This document shows, one piece after another, positions 20,969 through 31,458 of a stretch of 64,000 bases of DNA; within the stretch, counting starts at the first letter, position 1, and the number at the start of each line of letters is the position of its first letter. The stretch covers positions 384,001 to 448,000 of the forward strand of contig CAVYCN010000002.1 of assembly GCA_963767005.1 (NCBI GenBank). The letters are read 5' to 3'. A program made the translations under genes and the position numbers. This stretch comes from an uncultured Actinomycetes bacterium. GTDB lineage: Bacteria > Actinomycetota > Thermoleophilia > UBA2241. The notes beneath the pieces are model-generated. The model worked only from the letters and a program-made list of their open reading frames with translations. It made no database searches and was not told where the DNA came from.

Positions 20969-21003
20969 CGCTGGTCCTTTTCGTCGTACCGACCGGGAGA
21001 GTT

Positions 21004-21044
21004 ACCTTACAGGACCCGAAGGCAACCTTCAACTTCACGTTGAG
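21004..21044 (-). promoter_or_regulatory. sigmaA promoter of rsiG-FHA-merR overlapped by an inverted repeat
   Basis: TTGAAG-17-TAAGGT on -; TCAAC-ttcac-GTTGA at 21029-21043. Confidence 0.45.
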
Positions 21045-21096
21045 ATATCCCCGTTGACGGACGCACCGACGCCGCAGCGCGCGCCCGGCGCGACGC

Positions 21097-21636
21097 TCAG
21101 GTCACGAGGCGCACGACGTCGCGCTCGCGCAGCCGGGCGACCGCGAGCAGCACGTCGTACTCGTCGGCCATGCCCTCGACGAGGGCACCCGCGACGATGT
21201 CGCCGACGCTGCGCCGGCCGGGCCCGAGAAAGCCGAGCACGGTGGCCTCGACCGAGTCGTGCGGTTCGCCGCCGAGCAGTGAGACCAGGCCGTACGACGG
21301 CAGGGCGTCACGCAGCCGGCCGATCTCGTCGACGCGGCGCATGGCCTCCATGAGGAGCGAGCCCGTGGGCAGGTCGGCCGCCGGCGCGTCGCCGGGGTCG
21401 AGGTCGGGATCGAATACGAAGCCGCCCTCCTTGAGACCGATCAGGGCGTAGAAGGCACGCTCGCCGACCAGCGCTCCGCACGAGGCCGACGTGAGGGTGC
21501 CGCCGCGAAAGGCGAGGCGCCCGGCCGGGGAGCCGTCGGCCTGGGTGACGTCGAGCACGCCCGTCTTGCCGCCCAGCGCCGTGATCTCGACGAGGTCGCA
21601 CAGCGCAAGCTCCGAGAGGTTGCCCGTGAAGCTCAT
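21097..21636 (-). CDS. DUF4388 (PatA_N-like) domain protein
   Basis: MSFTGNLSELALCDLVE...KTGVL...GERAFY...EGGFVF...LLMEAMRRVDE. Confidence 0.8.
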   Translation of the reverse strand: MSFTGNLSELALCDLVEITALGGKTGVLDVTQADGSPAGRLAFRGGTLTSASCGALVGERAFYALIGLKEGGFVFDPDLDPGDAPAADLPTGSLLMEAMRRVDEIGRLRDALPSYGLVSLLGGEPHDSVEATVLGFLGPGRRSVGDIVAGALVEGMADEYDVLLAVARLRERDVVRLVT

Positions 21637-21817
21637 GATCGTCCTCGAGCGGCCGTTTCCACGCCCGGCAGTCTACCACGCGGCCTCGCCTTCCCTCCCC
21701 CGCCGGCTCATGTTCGGCGCCTCGCGCGACGATACAGCAAGCGGTGCAACGCAGGCACTCTTGCGGCGGCTGCCTGATATACTGCGCCAAAAGCGCGCCG
21801 TGCTCGAAAGGAGACCT

Positions 21818-22318
21818 GTGGCGAAGCGGAAAGGCCTCGTCATCAACGACCGCCAGCTCGACCTGTGCGACGACCTCCTGCGCAAGCTCAAGGACGTCAC
21901 CGGGTCCACCTTCCTGGCGCTCATCTCCACCTCGGGGCAGCCGATCACGACGGCTTCCGACGACTATCACCCCGAGACCCTGTCGCTCGCGTCGCTCGCA
22001 GCGAGCTCGTTCGCCGCGACGCAGCAGCTCGCCAGCATCCTCGACGAAAAGGAGTTCACGCTCCTCTTCCACGAGGGCAAGACCTCGAACCTGCACGTGT
22101 CCCAGGTCTCCGACCAGGTGCTGCTCATCATCACCTTCGGGCGCGAGACCCAGGTCGGCAAGGTGCGTCTGTACACGCAGCGCGCAATCGAGGTGCTGCG
22201 CCCCATCTTCGAGGGCTCAGACGAAGAGAACGAAGCGCTGTCGGTCGACGACGATTACGAAGTCACGGCCGGCAAGGCGATCGACGACCTGTTCGCCGAC
22301 CTCGAGGGACAGCCCTGA
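21818..22318 (+). CDS. mglB: Roadblock/LC7 protein, MglB-like
   Basis: SLASLAASSFAATQQLASILDEKEFTLLFHEG, LIITF..ETQVGKVRL; SD AGGAG; precedes mglA. Confidence 0.85.
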   Translation: MAKRKGLVINDRQLDLCDDLLRKLKDVTGSTFLALISTSGQPITTASDDYHPETLSLASLAASSFAATQQLASILDEKEFTLLFHEGKTSNLHVSQVSDQVLLIITFGRETQVGKVRLYTQRAIEVLRPIFEGSDEENEALSVDDDYEVTAGKAIDDLFADLEGQP

Positions 22319-22319
22319 G

Positions 22320-22898
22320 ATGCCCCTGATCAACTTCGCCGCGCGCGAGATCAACTACAAGATCGTCTACTACGGCTGCGGGCTCTGCGGCAAGACGACG
22401 AACATCCAGTACATCCACCGCAAGATCAACCCTTCGGCGCGCGGCAAGCTCGTCTCGATCGCCACCGAAGAGGAGCGCACCCTCTACTTCGACTTCCTGC
22501 CGCTCAGCCTCGGCACGGTCAAGGGCATGCAGACCCGCTTCCACCTGTACACCGTGCCCGGCCAGAGCTACTACAACGCGAGCCGCAAGCTCGTCCTGCA
22601 GGGCGTCGACGGTGTGATCTTCGTGGGCGACTCGCAGATCACCCGCCTGGACGAGAACGTCGAGAGCTACCTGAACCTCTGGGACAACCTCATCGCCCAG
22701 GGCGACGACCTCTCACGGCTGGGCTTCGTGATCCAGATGAACAAGCGCGACTTGATCGACATCTTCTCGGTCGAGGACCTGAACGAGTTGCTCAACCACA
22801 CGCAGTCGCCGGTGATCGAAGCCTGCGCGGTGAGCGGTCTCGGCGTGTTCGATACGCTCAAGCTCTGCTGCAAGCAGGTGATCGCGAAAACGGCCTGA
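22320..22898 (+). CDS. mglA: MglA-family small GTPase
   Basis: INFAAREINYKIVYYGCGLCGKTTN, RTLYFDFLPL, YTVPGQ, NKRD. Confidence 0.92.
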   Translation: MPLINFAAREINYKIVYYGCGLCGKTTNIQYIHRKINPSARGKLVSIATEEERTLYFDFLPLSLGTVKGMQTRFHLYTVPGQSYYNASRKLVLQGVDGVIFVGDSQITRLDENVESYLNLWDNLIAQGDDLSRLGFVIQMNKRDLIDIFSVEDLNELLNHTQSPVIEACAVSGLGVFDTLKLCCKQVIAKTA

Positions 22899-22987
22899 GG
22901 GCCGTCCGCTCCAGCGCGGATCGACGCTCGGTCCCCTCGTCCCACCTGTGGCGCCCTCGTCCCCCTGTGCCGCCGGACCTCGGCGTG

Positions 22988-24802
22988 CTACTGCTCGGTC
23001 CCGACACGCTCGATCCAGTCCTTGGGCGCGTAGGTCGACACGAACGAGTCCACGAAGAGCACGCGGCCGTTCTGCCGGACGGTACGCACAACCTTGACCG
23101 TGCGGCCGGCGAAGCCCTGCTCGTACGACACGATGCCCTTGGGCAGCGTGTCGTCGGTGATCACGCGCGGGTGCTGACGCGAGGTGTCCGTCGGCACCCA
23201 GTCGTAGAACGCGCTCGTCGTGAAGGTGACGGTGCGCCCCGTGCTGCCCACCAGCACCACGGTCACCTGGCCGCCGCCGGCCCAGCAGCGCAGCAGGAGC
23301 GCGTGGCCCGTGTCGTTGCGAAAGCGCAGGTCCTGCGAGCCGTAGGCGACCTGCGCGTCGCGGCCGATCGGGTAATGGTCGATCCAGAAGTCGTGCGGAT
23401 GCCGCTCCACGACCGGCAGGCCGGCGAAGAAGACGGCGTTGAACAGCGTCGTCGCGAACTGGCACAGACCACCGCCGACGCCGAGCCGCAGCACTCCGCC
23501 CTCGATCACCGGGGCGTAGTCGAAGCCACGGTCGAGCGTGCGCGGCCCGAGGGTCTGGTTCAGCGAGAAGACCTCGCCCGGCTTGATCACGGTGCCGTCG
23601 CAGAGCTTCGCGGCCTGGATGATGTTCTGGGCGCGCGGCTTGTTCGTCTGGTCGTAGTAGGTCGTGAACTGGGAGCCCAGGCCGTCGAGCCCGAGCGACG
23701 TGAGGTCCTCGGTCGTGGTCGTGGGCTCGAGGGTCGTGAGCGGCACGACCACCTGGCGCAGGCCGGGCTGGCTTGCCACATAGTCCATGTCCGACAGCAG
23801 GGTGGGCATGTCCAGGCCGAAGCCGGCGCTGCTCGGCGTGATCGACACCTCGCGGCCCTTGACCACTACGCGGGCGTTCACGGCGGGGTGGTCCGTGAAG
23901 GCGAAGAGGCGGTGCAGCCTGGCGCGCGCCCGCGGATTGTCGAAGGTCAGCGGGCTCGTCGTCGCGTCCGCGCCGGTGTTCACCGTCAGCATGGTCGCCA
24001 TGGTCGCCGGGCTCAGGTCGATCTCCTGACCTCTGAAGCGCAGCCGCAGCGGGCTGCTCAGGTACGTCGCGGCCTGCTCGGCCGCGACCTGGGCGGTGGC
24101 CGTGGTCACGGTCGGCTGGCTCGCCTCGAGGGGCACCGGCCCTTCGTAGCGGCCCCAGGCTGCCAGCGCCTGCTCGAGTCGCAGCCGCAGCGCGGCCGCG
24201 TCGATGGCGCTGCCCGTAGTGGCAGGACGCACGCTGACGGTCGTGCCGACCAGCACGAGGCGGGCGTCGCGGGGCGCCGTCTCGACATACGGCGCGATGC
24301 GCTCGACCGCGGCGGCGAGAGTGGTGACGTTGCAACGCACGACGGGTGCCACGACGCGGTGGCCGCCGAGCCACAGACGCAGCCCGAGCACGTCGACGCG
24401 GCCCGCCTGAGCGGCGCGTCGGGCCGTCGCCGCGGCGTCGACGCGCAGGCCCAGGTCGGCGAGCGTGAAGCGGACCGCGCCCTGCTTTGTCTGCAGCAGC
24501 ACGGTCCCGAGGTCGCGCGCCGCAAGGAGTCCGGCGATGGCCGTGCGCGCCGGCGCCGGGCCGTCGCCGGCGAGACTGCGGTCGCCGGCCGTCACGCCGA
24601 AGGCGACACGGCCGTACAGGTAGCCCTGCAGGGCGCAGAATGCGATGACCACGACGGCGAGGCCCATCAGGGCGACGCGCAGCAGCGGACCGACGCGACG
24701 TGCGCCGGCCCCTCCTCCCCGGGCCGCGTGCGCCGGCCGGCGGCGGCGCCGCGCGCCGCCGCTCTCAGCTGGGTCCACGGGTGGTTCGGGATGGCTCGTC
24801 AT
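22988..24802 (-). CDS. VanW-family membrane-anchored protein with PG-binding-4-like repeats and G5-like tail
   Basis: IKPGEVFSLNQTLGPR, GGGLCQFATTLFNA, ERHPH, GRDA.V...DLRFRNDT; N-terminal TM. Confidence 0.85.
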   Translation of the reverse strand: MTSHPEPPVDPAESGGARRRRRPAHAARGGGAGARRVGPLLRVALMGLAVVVIAFCALQGYLYGRVAFGVTAGDRSLAGDGPAPARTAIAGLLAARDLGTVLLQTKQGAVRFTLADLGLRVDAAATARRAAQAGRVDVLGLRLWLGGHRVVAPVVRCNVTTLAAAVERIAPYVETAPRDARLVLVGTTVSVRPATTGSAIDAAALRLRLEQALAAWGRYEGPVPLEASQPTVTTATAQVAAEQAATYLSSPLRLRFRGQEIDLSPATMATMLTVNTGADATTSPLTFDNPRARARLHRLFAFTDHPAVNARVVVKGREVSITPSSAGFGLDMPTLLSDMDYVASQPGLRQVVVPLTTLEPTTTTEDLTSLGLDGLGSQFTTYYDQTNKPRAQNIIQAAKLCDGTVIKPGEVFSLNQTLGPRTLDRGFDYAPVIEGGVLRLGVGGGLCQFATTLFNAVFFAGLPVVERHPHDFWIDHYPIGRDAQVAYGSQDLRFRNDTGHALLLRCWAGGGQVTVVLVGSTGRTVTFTTSAFYDWVPTDTSRQHPRVITDDTLPKGIVSYEQGFAGRTVKVVRTVRQNGRVLFVDSFVSTYAPKDWIERVGTEQ

Positions 24803-24880
24803 GGCTCCGCTCGGCGCTTGCGACTCGCGTCAGGGTTCACCGTACGGCCCGCGCTTCCCTGCAGAAGGTCCACATCCCCT

Positions 24881-24907
24881 TCATCGGTCGTCGGGCCGTG
24901 AGCTTGA
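24881..24907 (-). promoter_or_regulatory. Possible sigma28/WhiG-type promoter (vanW-like gene)
   Basis: TCAA-15 nt-ACCGATGA. Confidence 0.4.
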
Positions 24908-25000
24908 CCGATCGCCGCGGCTGGAGCGTGGCCCGGCGCTGGGCATGCGGCCGGCGCCGGCTCGAGCGGTGCCGGCGTCGCGCCGTGAGAGCGCGCCGGC

Positions 25001-27517
25001 TCAGTCGGCCTTGGCGGCGATCACGGCCCTGACCTTGCCGACGAAGCCGTCGGCCAGTCGCTCGGAGGCGTCGCCGTCGACGCCCTCGGCGTAGATGTGG
25101 AACAGGGCCTCGTCGGCGTCGGGGATGATCTGCGCCCAGCCGCCCTTGTAGAAGACCTTGATGCCGTCGAGCAGGCTGAGACGGTGCCCGTCGCTGCGCT
25201 GCAGCTCTTCGGTGACGGTGCGCATGACCGTGCCCTTGAGCGACCACGGGCAGCCCACGGTCTTGTGCACGAGGTTGCTCGCCGGGATCGCCGCGACCTG
25301 CTCCGAGAGCGGCACGGCGCTCGAGGCGAGCAACTCGAGCAGCTTGCCGAGGCTCATGAGGGCGTCGAAGCCCGGCAGGAAGCGCGGGAAGATGTAACCG
25401 CCGCCGATCGCCCCGGCAAAGGCGATGTCGGGGGCGGTCGCGGCCTCCATGAGCGCCGGCAGCGACACCTTCGTGCGCTCGATCTCGACGCCGAAGGGCC
25501 GCGCCATCTCCTCGGCCAGGCGGGTCACGGTGAGCGGCAGGGCGATCTTCTGGCCCTTGGGCAGCGATCCGGCCACGAGGCGCACGAAGAGCAGCAGCGC
25601 GCGCTCGAGGGGGATCTCCTGGCCGAGCTCGTCGACCAGGTAGAGACGTTCGGCGCCGGGGTCGATCACGGCGCCGAGGTCGGCACCCATCACCTTGACG
25701 ACGCGTTGCGCATCGGCGATGGTCACGCCGCGCTCGCCCGGCACGCCGCTCGCCTTCTGCTCGTCGGTGAAGGCATGCAGCGAGATGATCTCGGCGTCGA
25801 GATAGGGCAGGACCAGGGGCAGCACGAGCGCGGCCGGCGAGTACGAGTAGTCGATCACGAGCCGGTAGCCACGCGCGCGGATACGCTCGATATCCCACGA
25901 GCCCACGAGGCCGCGCACGTAGGTCTCCTGGGCGCGGTCGGGGTACTGGATGCGACCGAACTCGGTGTAGAAGGCGCGCCGGAAGTCCTGGCGGCCGTAG
26001 TACTTCTCGATGTTCTTCTGGGTCTTCTCGCTCACCGGGATGCCGGGCGGCTCGAACACCTGGATCTGCACGACCTCGGGGTCCCAGCTCGAGATGCGTA
26101 CGTGCACGCCGCCCTGCGCGTTGCCGCTCTTGATCTCGAAGCGGTTGACGGCCGCCGGGCTCACGCGCAGGTCGCTCACGCCGACGCCGGTCGAGTTGAG
26201 GCCGCTGATCATCGCCCGCTTGATCACGCGCGAGGCCGGATGGGCGTCGCGGCTCGTGACCACCTTGGCGCCGTTCGGCAGGGTCGTGCCGTATGCCAGC
26301 GCGAGCTTCAGTCCGAGCTCGGCGGTGATGTCGACGTTGATCAGGCCGACCACACCGTCCTTGCCGAAGAGCTGCGCCGTGCCGCGCGACTCCCAGATGA
26401 TGCTCGAGTTGACCTGGGCGCCGGACTCGACCGTCTTGAAGGGGTAGATCTTGACGTCCGGCCCTACGTAGGCCTGCTCTCCGATCACGCACTCGTCGCC
26501 GATCGCGGCGCCCTCGCTGAGCGTGGCGCCGGGCTTGATGTCGCAGTTCTTGCCGACGATCGCGCCGTAGACCTTCGAGCCGGAGCCGACGTAGGTGTTG
26601 GCGTCGATCACGCTGAAGCGCGTCTCGGCGTGGTCCTTGACCACGACGTTGCTGCCCATCACCGTGTAGGCCCCGATGCGGGCGTTGCCGTCGACCTTGG
26701 CGTAGTTGCCGATCACCGCGGGGCCGGTCACGTGATCGAGCGACTCGATGCTCACGTTCTCGCCGATGTAGATGCCGTTCTCGAGGCGGATGCCGGGGAT
26801 CTGCGCCTGCACCTTGCCGTCGAGCACGTCGCGGTTGGCGGCCAGGTACTGGCCGAGGCTGCCGATGTCCTGCCAGTAGCCGTCGGCGATCGTCCCGAAG
26901 AGCGGCTTGCCGAGCTCGAAGAGCTTGGGGAACAGCTCCTGACTGAAATCGTAGGCCTGGGAGGCCGGGATGTAGTTGAAGACCTCGGGCTCGAGCACGT
27001 AGATGCCGGTGTTGACCGTGTCCGAGAAGACTTGGCCCCAGGTGGGCTTCTCGAGGAAGCGCTCGATGCGGCCCTCGCCGTTCACGACCACGACACCGAA
27101 CTCGAGCGGGTTCTCGACGTGCTTGAGGACGATGGACACCATCGCGCCGCGGCGCTCGTGCTCGGCGATGATGGCGGAGAGATCGAAGTCGGTCAGGGCG
27201 TCGCCGGAGATCACGATGAAGCGCTCGCCGAGCAGCTCTTCGGCGTTCTTCACGCTGCCGGCGGTGCCCAGCGGCACCTGCTCGACGGAGTAGTTGATGT
27301 TCACGCCGAGCTCGCTGCCGTCACCGAAGTAGTCGCGGATCGCCTTGGGCAGGAACGCGACGGTGACGACGATGTCGTCGATGCCGTGCCGCTTGAGGAG
27401 CTCGACGATGTGCTCCATGCAGGGCTTGTTGGCGACCGGCACCATCGGCTTGGGCTGGTTGCTCGTGAGGGGCCGCAGGCGGGTCCCCTCTCCCCCTGCC
27501 ATCACGACGGCGCGCAC
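25001..27517 (-). CDS. Mannose-1-phosphate guanylyltransferase / phosphomannomutase-like fusion
   Basis: [12 protein letters not shown]...PKPM, GTAGS, EKP, hexapeptide LbH region, C-terminal PGM/PMM domains (LFGKDG...DGIKV). Confidence 0.88.
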   Translation of the reverse strand: MRAVVMAGGEGTRLRPLTSNQPKPMVPVANKPCMEHIVELLKRHGIDDIVVTVAFLPKAIRDYFGDGSELGVNINYSVEQVPLGTAGSVKNAEELLGERFIVISGDALTDFDLSAIIAEHERRGAMVSIVLKHVENPLEFGVVVVNGEGRIERFLEKPTWGQVFSDTVNTGIYVLEPEVFNYIPASQAYDFSQELFPKLFELGKPLFGTIADGYWQDIGSLGQYLAANRDVLDGKVQAQIPGIRLENGIYIGENVSIESLDHVTGPAVIGNYAKVDGNARIGAYTVMGSNVVVKDHAETRFSVIDANTYVGSGSKVYGAIVGKNCDIKPGATLSEGAAIGDECVIGEQAYVGPDVKIYPFKTVESGAQVNSSIIWESRGTAQLFGKDGVVGLINVDITAELGLKLALAYGTTLPNGAKVVTSRDAHPASRVIKRAMISGLNSTGVGVSDLRVSPAAVNRFEIKSGNAQGGVHVRISSWDPEVVQIQVFEPPGIPVSEKTQKNIEKYYGRQDFRRAFYTEFGRIQYPDRAQETYVRGLVGSWDIERIRARGYRLVIDYSYSPAALVLPLVLPYLDAEIISLHAFTDEQKASGVPGERGVTIADAQRVVKVMGADLGAVIDPGAERLYLVDELGQEIPLERALLLFVRLVAGSLPKGQKIALPLTVTRLAEEMARPFGVEIERTKVSLPALMEAATAPDIAFAGAIGGGYIFPRFLPGFDALMSLGKLLELLASSAVPLSEQVAAIPASNLVHKTVGCPWSLKGTVMRTVTEELQRSDGHRLSLLDGIKVFYKGGWAQIIPDADEALFHIYAEGVDGDASERLADGFVGKVRAVIAAKAD

Positions 27518-27668
27518 GGTCAGGCCGTCCGTGCGACGCTGGGCTGTGAGGCACTCGCCATGCGCTGATAGTACCAGAAGCAAGCGGCGCTTCAGGGCGT
27601 GTGACCGGGGCTTCTCCCGCGTTGTCTCGCGAGCGTGGCGCCGGGTCGACGCCCCGCCGGCGGGCGCC

Positions 27669-28223
27669 TCAGGCCGTCGTCGCCGACGACGGCCGCGCCC
27701 GCCGCCAGCGCCTGGACCGGCGCCAGATGTACCCGCAACCGCTGACCAGGTAGAGCGTCCCGCCGAACGCGTACACGGGCCAGGCGACCGCCCGGGCGCC
27801 GACGATGAACAGCTCGATGCCGCAGAAGAGGGTGAAGTTGGCGAGGCGTCCGCCGCGCAGGATACGGGGCGGCTCGTGGTAGTGGAACAGCATGAGCGCG
27901 GCGCCGGCCAGCATGAGGGCATCGCGCACCACGAGCGGTACGACGGCCCACCAGGGCAGCGCCCCGAACAGCAGCAGCGCGCCGAGCAGGAAGAGGAAAG
28001 CGACGCGGTCGGTCACCGGGTCGAGCACGCGGCCGAGCTCCGTCTGCCAGCCGAAACGGCGCGCGAGCCAGCCGTCGAGCACGTCGGTCGCCGCCAGCGC
28101 GAGCACGAAGGCCGCGGTCGGCCAGCTCGCCTGCGGCGCCCGCAGGCTGTAGAGCCAGAGGAACAGCGGCAGCGCGCAGAGGCGCGCGATCGTGATCGCG
28201 TTGGGGATCATGCGGCGCGACAT
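27669..28223 (-). CDS. CDP-alcohol phosphatidyltransferase (PgsA2-like)
   Basis: [34 protein letters not shown]; TACACT 7 nt before ATG suggests leaderless mRNA. Confidence 0.88.
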   Translation of the reverse strand: MSRRMIPNAITIARLCALPLFLWLYSLRAPQASWPTAAFVLALAATDVLDGWLARRFGWQTELGRVLDPVTDRVAFLFLLGALLLFGALPWWAVVPLVVRDALMLAGAALMLFHYHEPPRILRGGRLANFTLFCGIELFIVGARAVAWPVYAFGGTLYLVSGCGYIWRRSRRWRRARPSSATTA

Positions 28224-28372
28224 GCGGCGTAGTGTACACGGAACGACCGACGCGAAGGCGGCCCGGGCGGCCGCCGCGTGGCGGGCGTCGCGGCCGCCAC
28301 ACGGACGGCCCTAGGCCGCCGCTAGGCACGAGTGGCCAAGGCGAGCGATGTGCTACACTACGGCCTCGCGGT

Positions 28373-28450
28373 CGGCGTGTGGCGCAGCCTGGTTAGCGCA
28401 CTAGTCTGGGGGACTAGGGGTCGCCAGTTCGAATCTGGCCACGCCGACCA
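28373..28450 (+). tRNA. tRNA-Pro(GGG)
   Basis: Acceptor CGGCGTG/CACGCCG, anticodon arm CTAGT-CTGGGGG-ACTAG, GTTCGAATC, 3' ACCA. Confidence 0.97.
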
Positions 28451-28491
28451 AGTCGCCTTCTCCCTCGCGGATCCGTCGTGTCCGGCCTCGT

Positions 28492-29454
28492 CTACGACTG
28501 CGTGGCTGCCTCGACGGCGGCGCCCGTCCCAGGCTCGGCCGGCCCGAGAGTGATGACCGCCGCGCCCCTCTCCGTGGGGATCGACAGGGAGCGCCAGTGC
28601 GGGTGCGCGCTCAGCCAGAGCGCGAGCACCCGCTTCTCGGCCGGCCGGTCGGTGTCGTGCAAGAAGATCACGGCGTCGTCGCGCAACGAGGTCTCGAGCA
28701 AGGGCACTGCCGGATACCGGGCGATCTCGTGCACCCAGACCGGCGGGCCGTCGACGATGAGGACGTCGATCGAGGGCAGCTTCACGTGGTCGAGGCTGTA
28801 CCAGCTCCACTCCTGTGCGCCGATGGTGTGACCTACGAGCGGCGCGTGGACGACCTCGACGAAGTCGCCGACACCGGCTGCCGCCACGTAGCCGCGGACC
28901 TGCTCGGCGAAGGCCGCGTCGTTTTCGAGCGACACGATGCGGCCCCGTGCGCGTCGTTGCAGCCAGAGGCCCAACCACACCGTCGAAGCACCCGAGCCGC
29001 ACTCGAGGATCGTCGGCTCGTCGAACCTCTGGGCGCGCAGGATCACCTCGACGAGAACGTCCGCCGAGAGCGCCCAGCCCCCCATCGGGGGCAGCGCCAC
29101 CGTCGGCCGGCAGAGCTCGTGAAGGACGAAGAGGGCTTCGGTGCGGCGCTCGCTGAAGCCGCGCCCCTTGACGACGGCGGCCATGAGCCTGGCAAGGAGT
29201 CGGCGGTACAGCCACGTGGCGGTGAAGACGCACACAGCCGTGCCCAGCACGACGGCCGCGATCACCGCTTCGCTGAAGATCGCAAGGACGACGGCCACGA
29301 CCACGACGGCGATCCAGGCTCCGCCGGCCCGGAACGCGTAGGAGCGCGGATTGAGCTTCTTCATCTGCGATCGACTCCTCTGCTTGCCGATTGGCATCGA
29401 GGTGCGGCGACGGGCCAGACGTCGATGCGGGTCCGGATCGGCCCCATCGCGCAT
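28492..29454 (-). CDS. Membrane-anchored class I SAM-dependent methyltransferase (Methyltransf_24-like); alternative start 29364
   Basis: Two N-terminal TMs, ILECGSGAST, VSLEN, IDVLIVDGPP, LHDTDR. Confidence 0.75.
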   Translation of the reverse strand: MRDGADPDPHRRLARRRTSMPIGKQRSRSQMKKLNPRSYAFRAGGAWIAVVVVAVVLAIFSEAVIAAVVLGTAVCVFTATWLYRRLLARLMAAVVKGRGFSERRTEALFVLHELCRPTVALPPMGGWALSADVLVEVILRAQRFDEPTILECGSGASTVWLGLWLQRRARGRIVSLENDAAFAEQVRGYVAAAGVGDFVEVVHAPLVGHTIGAQEWSWYSLDHVKLPSIDVLIVDGPPVWVHEIARYPAVPLLETSLRDDAVIFLHDTDRPAEKRVLALWLSAHPHWRSLSIPTERGAAVITLGPAEPGTGAAVEAATQS

Positions 29455-29575
29455 CGCGGGCTCCCCCTGTGACCGCGCCAGTCTACGGCTCCGCGAACGG
29501 TATGCCGAGCACGGCTGTTGCCTGGAGCCTGCGGCACGAGCGGCCAGAGGGCGCCACCGCCGCCGGGCGAGCGTT

Positions 29576-30409
29576 CTAGCGAGCCGCGGCGAGCCGGCGG
29601 TAGAGCAGCCGGCGCAGCTCGCTGTTGAGCGCCGCACGCACGGCGCCGCAGCGCGCGTCGAGCGCCGATACCCCGTAGCGCCGGTCGCCCGCGAGTGCGC
29701 CCAGCAGCGCCTTCATGTCGGCCGTCTGCTCGTCGGCCACGTGGGCGCTCCACGAGCCCGTGGTCACGCGAAAGGCACTCAGGGTGTCGGGGATCACGTA
29801 CAGGTCGCCGAGCAGCAGAAGGCGGCACCAGAGCTCGAGGTCGACTGTGTAGCGCGCCTCGGCCTGGAACCCGCCGGCGCGCAGGGCCGCCTCGCGGCGG
29901 AAGAGCGCGGCCGAGGGCTCGCCGACGAGGTTGGTGCCGCGTCGCGCGATGCGGCGCAGCGCGCGCGCGCCCGCCACGCGGCCGGCGCGTGGCCCCCAGC
30001 GTCGGCGCAGCAGGCGTCGGCCGCCGGCGTCGACCACGTCGCGGCCGGCCGCGACCAGCACGACGCCGCGGTTGCCCGGATCGTCGAGCACCGCCGCCTG
30101 ACGCGCGAGCGACCCCGGGTAGAGCCAGTCGTCGGCGCAGAGGATCTTGACCAGGTCGCCTCGCGCTTCGCTGAGGCAGCGACTCCAGTTGCGCCCGGCG
30201 CCGATGTTAGTCTCGTTGCGCAGCAGCCGCAGGCGGGGGTCGTCGAGCTCGCGCACGATGTCGACGGTGCCGTCGGTCGACGCGTTGTCGATCACGAGCA
30301 GCTCGAGGTCGACGCCGGTCTGGGCCAGCGCCGACGACACGGCCTGCCGCACGAAGGGCGCACCGTTGTAGACCGGCAGGCAGACCGAGACGTGGGCCGA
30401 GCCGGTCAT
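29576..30409 (-). CDS. GT2 glycosyltransferase
   Basis: VSVCLPVYNG, IDNASTDGT, LCADD, VGEPSA. Confidence 0.9.
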   Translation of the reverse strand: MTGSAHVSVCLPVYNGAPFVRQAVSSALAQTGVDLELLVIDNASTDGTVDIVRELDDPRLRLLRNETNIGAGRNWSRCLSEARGDLVKILCADDWLYPGSLARQAAVLDDPGNRGVVLVAAGRDVVDAGGRRLLRRRWGPRAGRVAGARALRRIARRGTNLVGEPSAALFRREAALRAGGFQAEARYTVDLELWCRLLLLGDLYVIPDTLSAFRVTTGSWSAHVADEQTADMKALLGALAGDRRYGVSALDARCGAVRAALNSELRRLLYRRLAAAR

Positions 30410-31458
30410 CGGGGCAGCGCCGGCTCCTTGGCCGGTCGCTTGCGCCGGCCGGCCGCCGCGGCGCCGCGCAACTCGTCGTCGAGGCCGCCGACGCGCGTGC
30501 GCACGACGTACAGCGGCCGTTCCTTGCTCGCGCTGAACACGCGCCCGACGTACACACCGAGGATGCCGATCGACAGGAGCTGTACGCCGCCGAGGAACAG
30601 GATGGCGACCAGCACCGACGTCCAGCCGGCGACCACGGAGTGCGGGTCGGTCAGGCGGTTGGCGACGATCCACACGAGGTAGATGAAGGCGCCCACCGTG
30701 ATCGTGGCGCCGAGCTGCGCGGCCAGCACGAGCGGGCGGCTCGAGAAGCTCGTCACGCCGTCGAGCGCCAGCTTGACCATCTTCCCCATCGAGTACTTCG
30801 TCTCGCCGGCATAGCGCTCGTCGCGCTCGTAGGGCAGGGCCTCCTGGCGAAAGCCGGCCCAGGCGACCATGCCGCGCAGGTAGCGGGCGTCCTCGCGCAT
30901 GTCGCGCAGCACGTCGGCGACCGCGCGGTCGAGCAGCCGGAAATCGCCGGCGTCGAACGGCAGCGGCGTGTCGCTCAACCGGCCGAGCGCACGGTAGAAG
31001 AGCTTGGCGGTGGCACGCTTGAAGACGCCTTCGCCGTGGCGCACGCTGCGCGCCCCGTAGACCACGTCGGCGCCGGCCCGCCAGCGCTCGATCATCGCGG
31101 GGATGACCTCGGGCGGGTCCTGCAGGTCGCCGTCGATCAACACGACGGCGTCGCCGGCGGCGTGGTCGAGGCCGGCCGTGATGGCCGCCTGGTGGCCGAA
31201 GTTGCGCGACAGGCCGACCACGCGCACGCGGCCGTCGCCGGCCGCGATCGCGCGCAGCAGCTCGAGCGTGTCGTCGCGGCTGCCGTCGTCGACGAAGATG
31301 AACTGTCCGGCGAGGCTCTCGAGCCCGTCGAAGACGGCCGCCAGGCGCCGGTACATCTCCTCGACCGTATCGTGCTCGTCGAAGACGGGCACGACCACCG
31401 AGACGAGCTCCCCCTCGCCGGGCAGTGAGGCCCGGCGGCGTGTCGGTTCGGGCGTCAT
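30406..31458 (-). CDS. GtrB/YfdH-like polyprenyl-phosphate glycosyltransferase (GT2)
   Basis: VDDGSRD, LSRNFGHQAA, IDGDLQDPPE, AGDFRLLDR, two C-terminal TMs, RPLY. Confidence 0.9.
   Translation of the reverse strand: MTPEPTRRRASLPGEGELVSVVVPVFDEHDTVEEMYRRLAAVFDGLESLAGQFIFVDDGSRDDTLELLRAIAAGDGRVRVVGLSRNFGHQAAITAGLDHAAGDAVVLIDGDLQDPPEVIPAMIERWRAGADVVYGARSVRHGEGVFKRATAKLFYRALGRLSDTPLPFDAGDFRLLDRAVADVLRDMREDARYLRGMVAWAGFRQEALPYERDERYAGETKYSMGKMVKLALDGVTSFSSRPLVLAAQLGATITVGAFIYLVWIVANRLTDPHSVVAGWTSVLVAILFLGGVQLLSIGILGVYVGRVFSASKERPLYVVRTRVGGLDDELRGAAAAGRRKRPAKEPALPR

Noticed and set aside
25097-27568. Long antisense/alternate-frame ORFs (e.g. 823 aa here, 9313-11274, 34824-36797)
   Set aside because: Shadow ORFs of high-GC genes; they overlap well-supported CDSs and have no motifs
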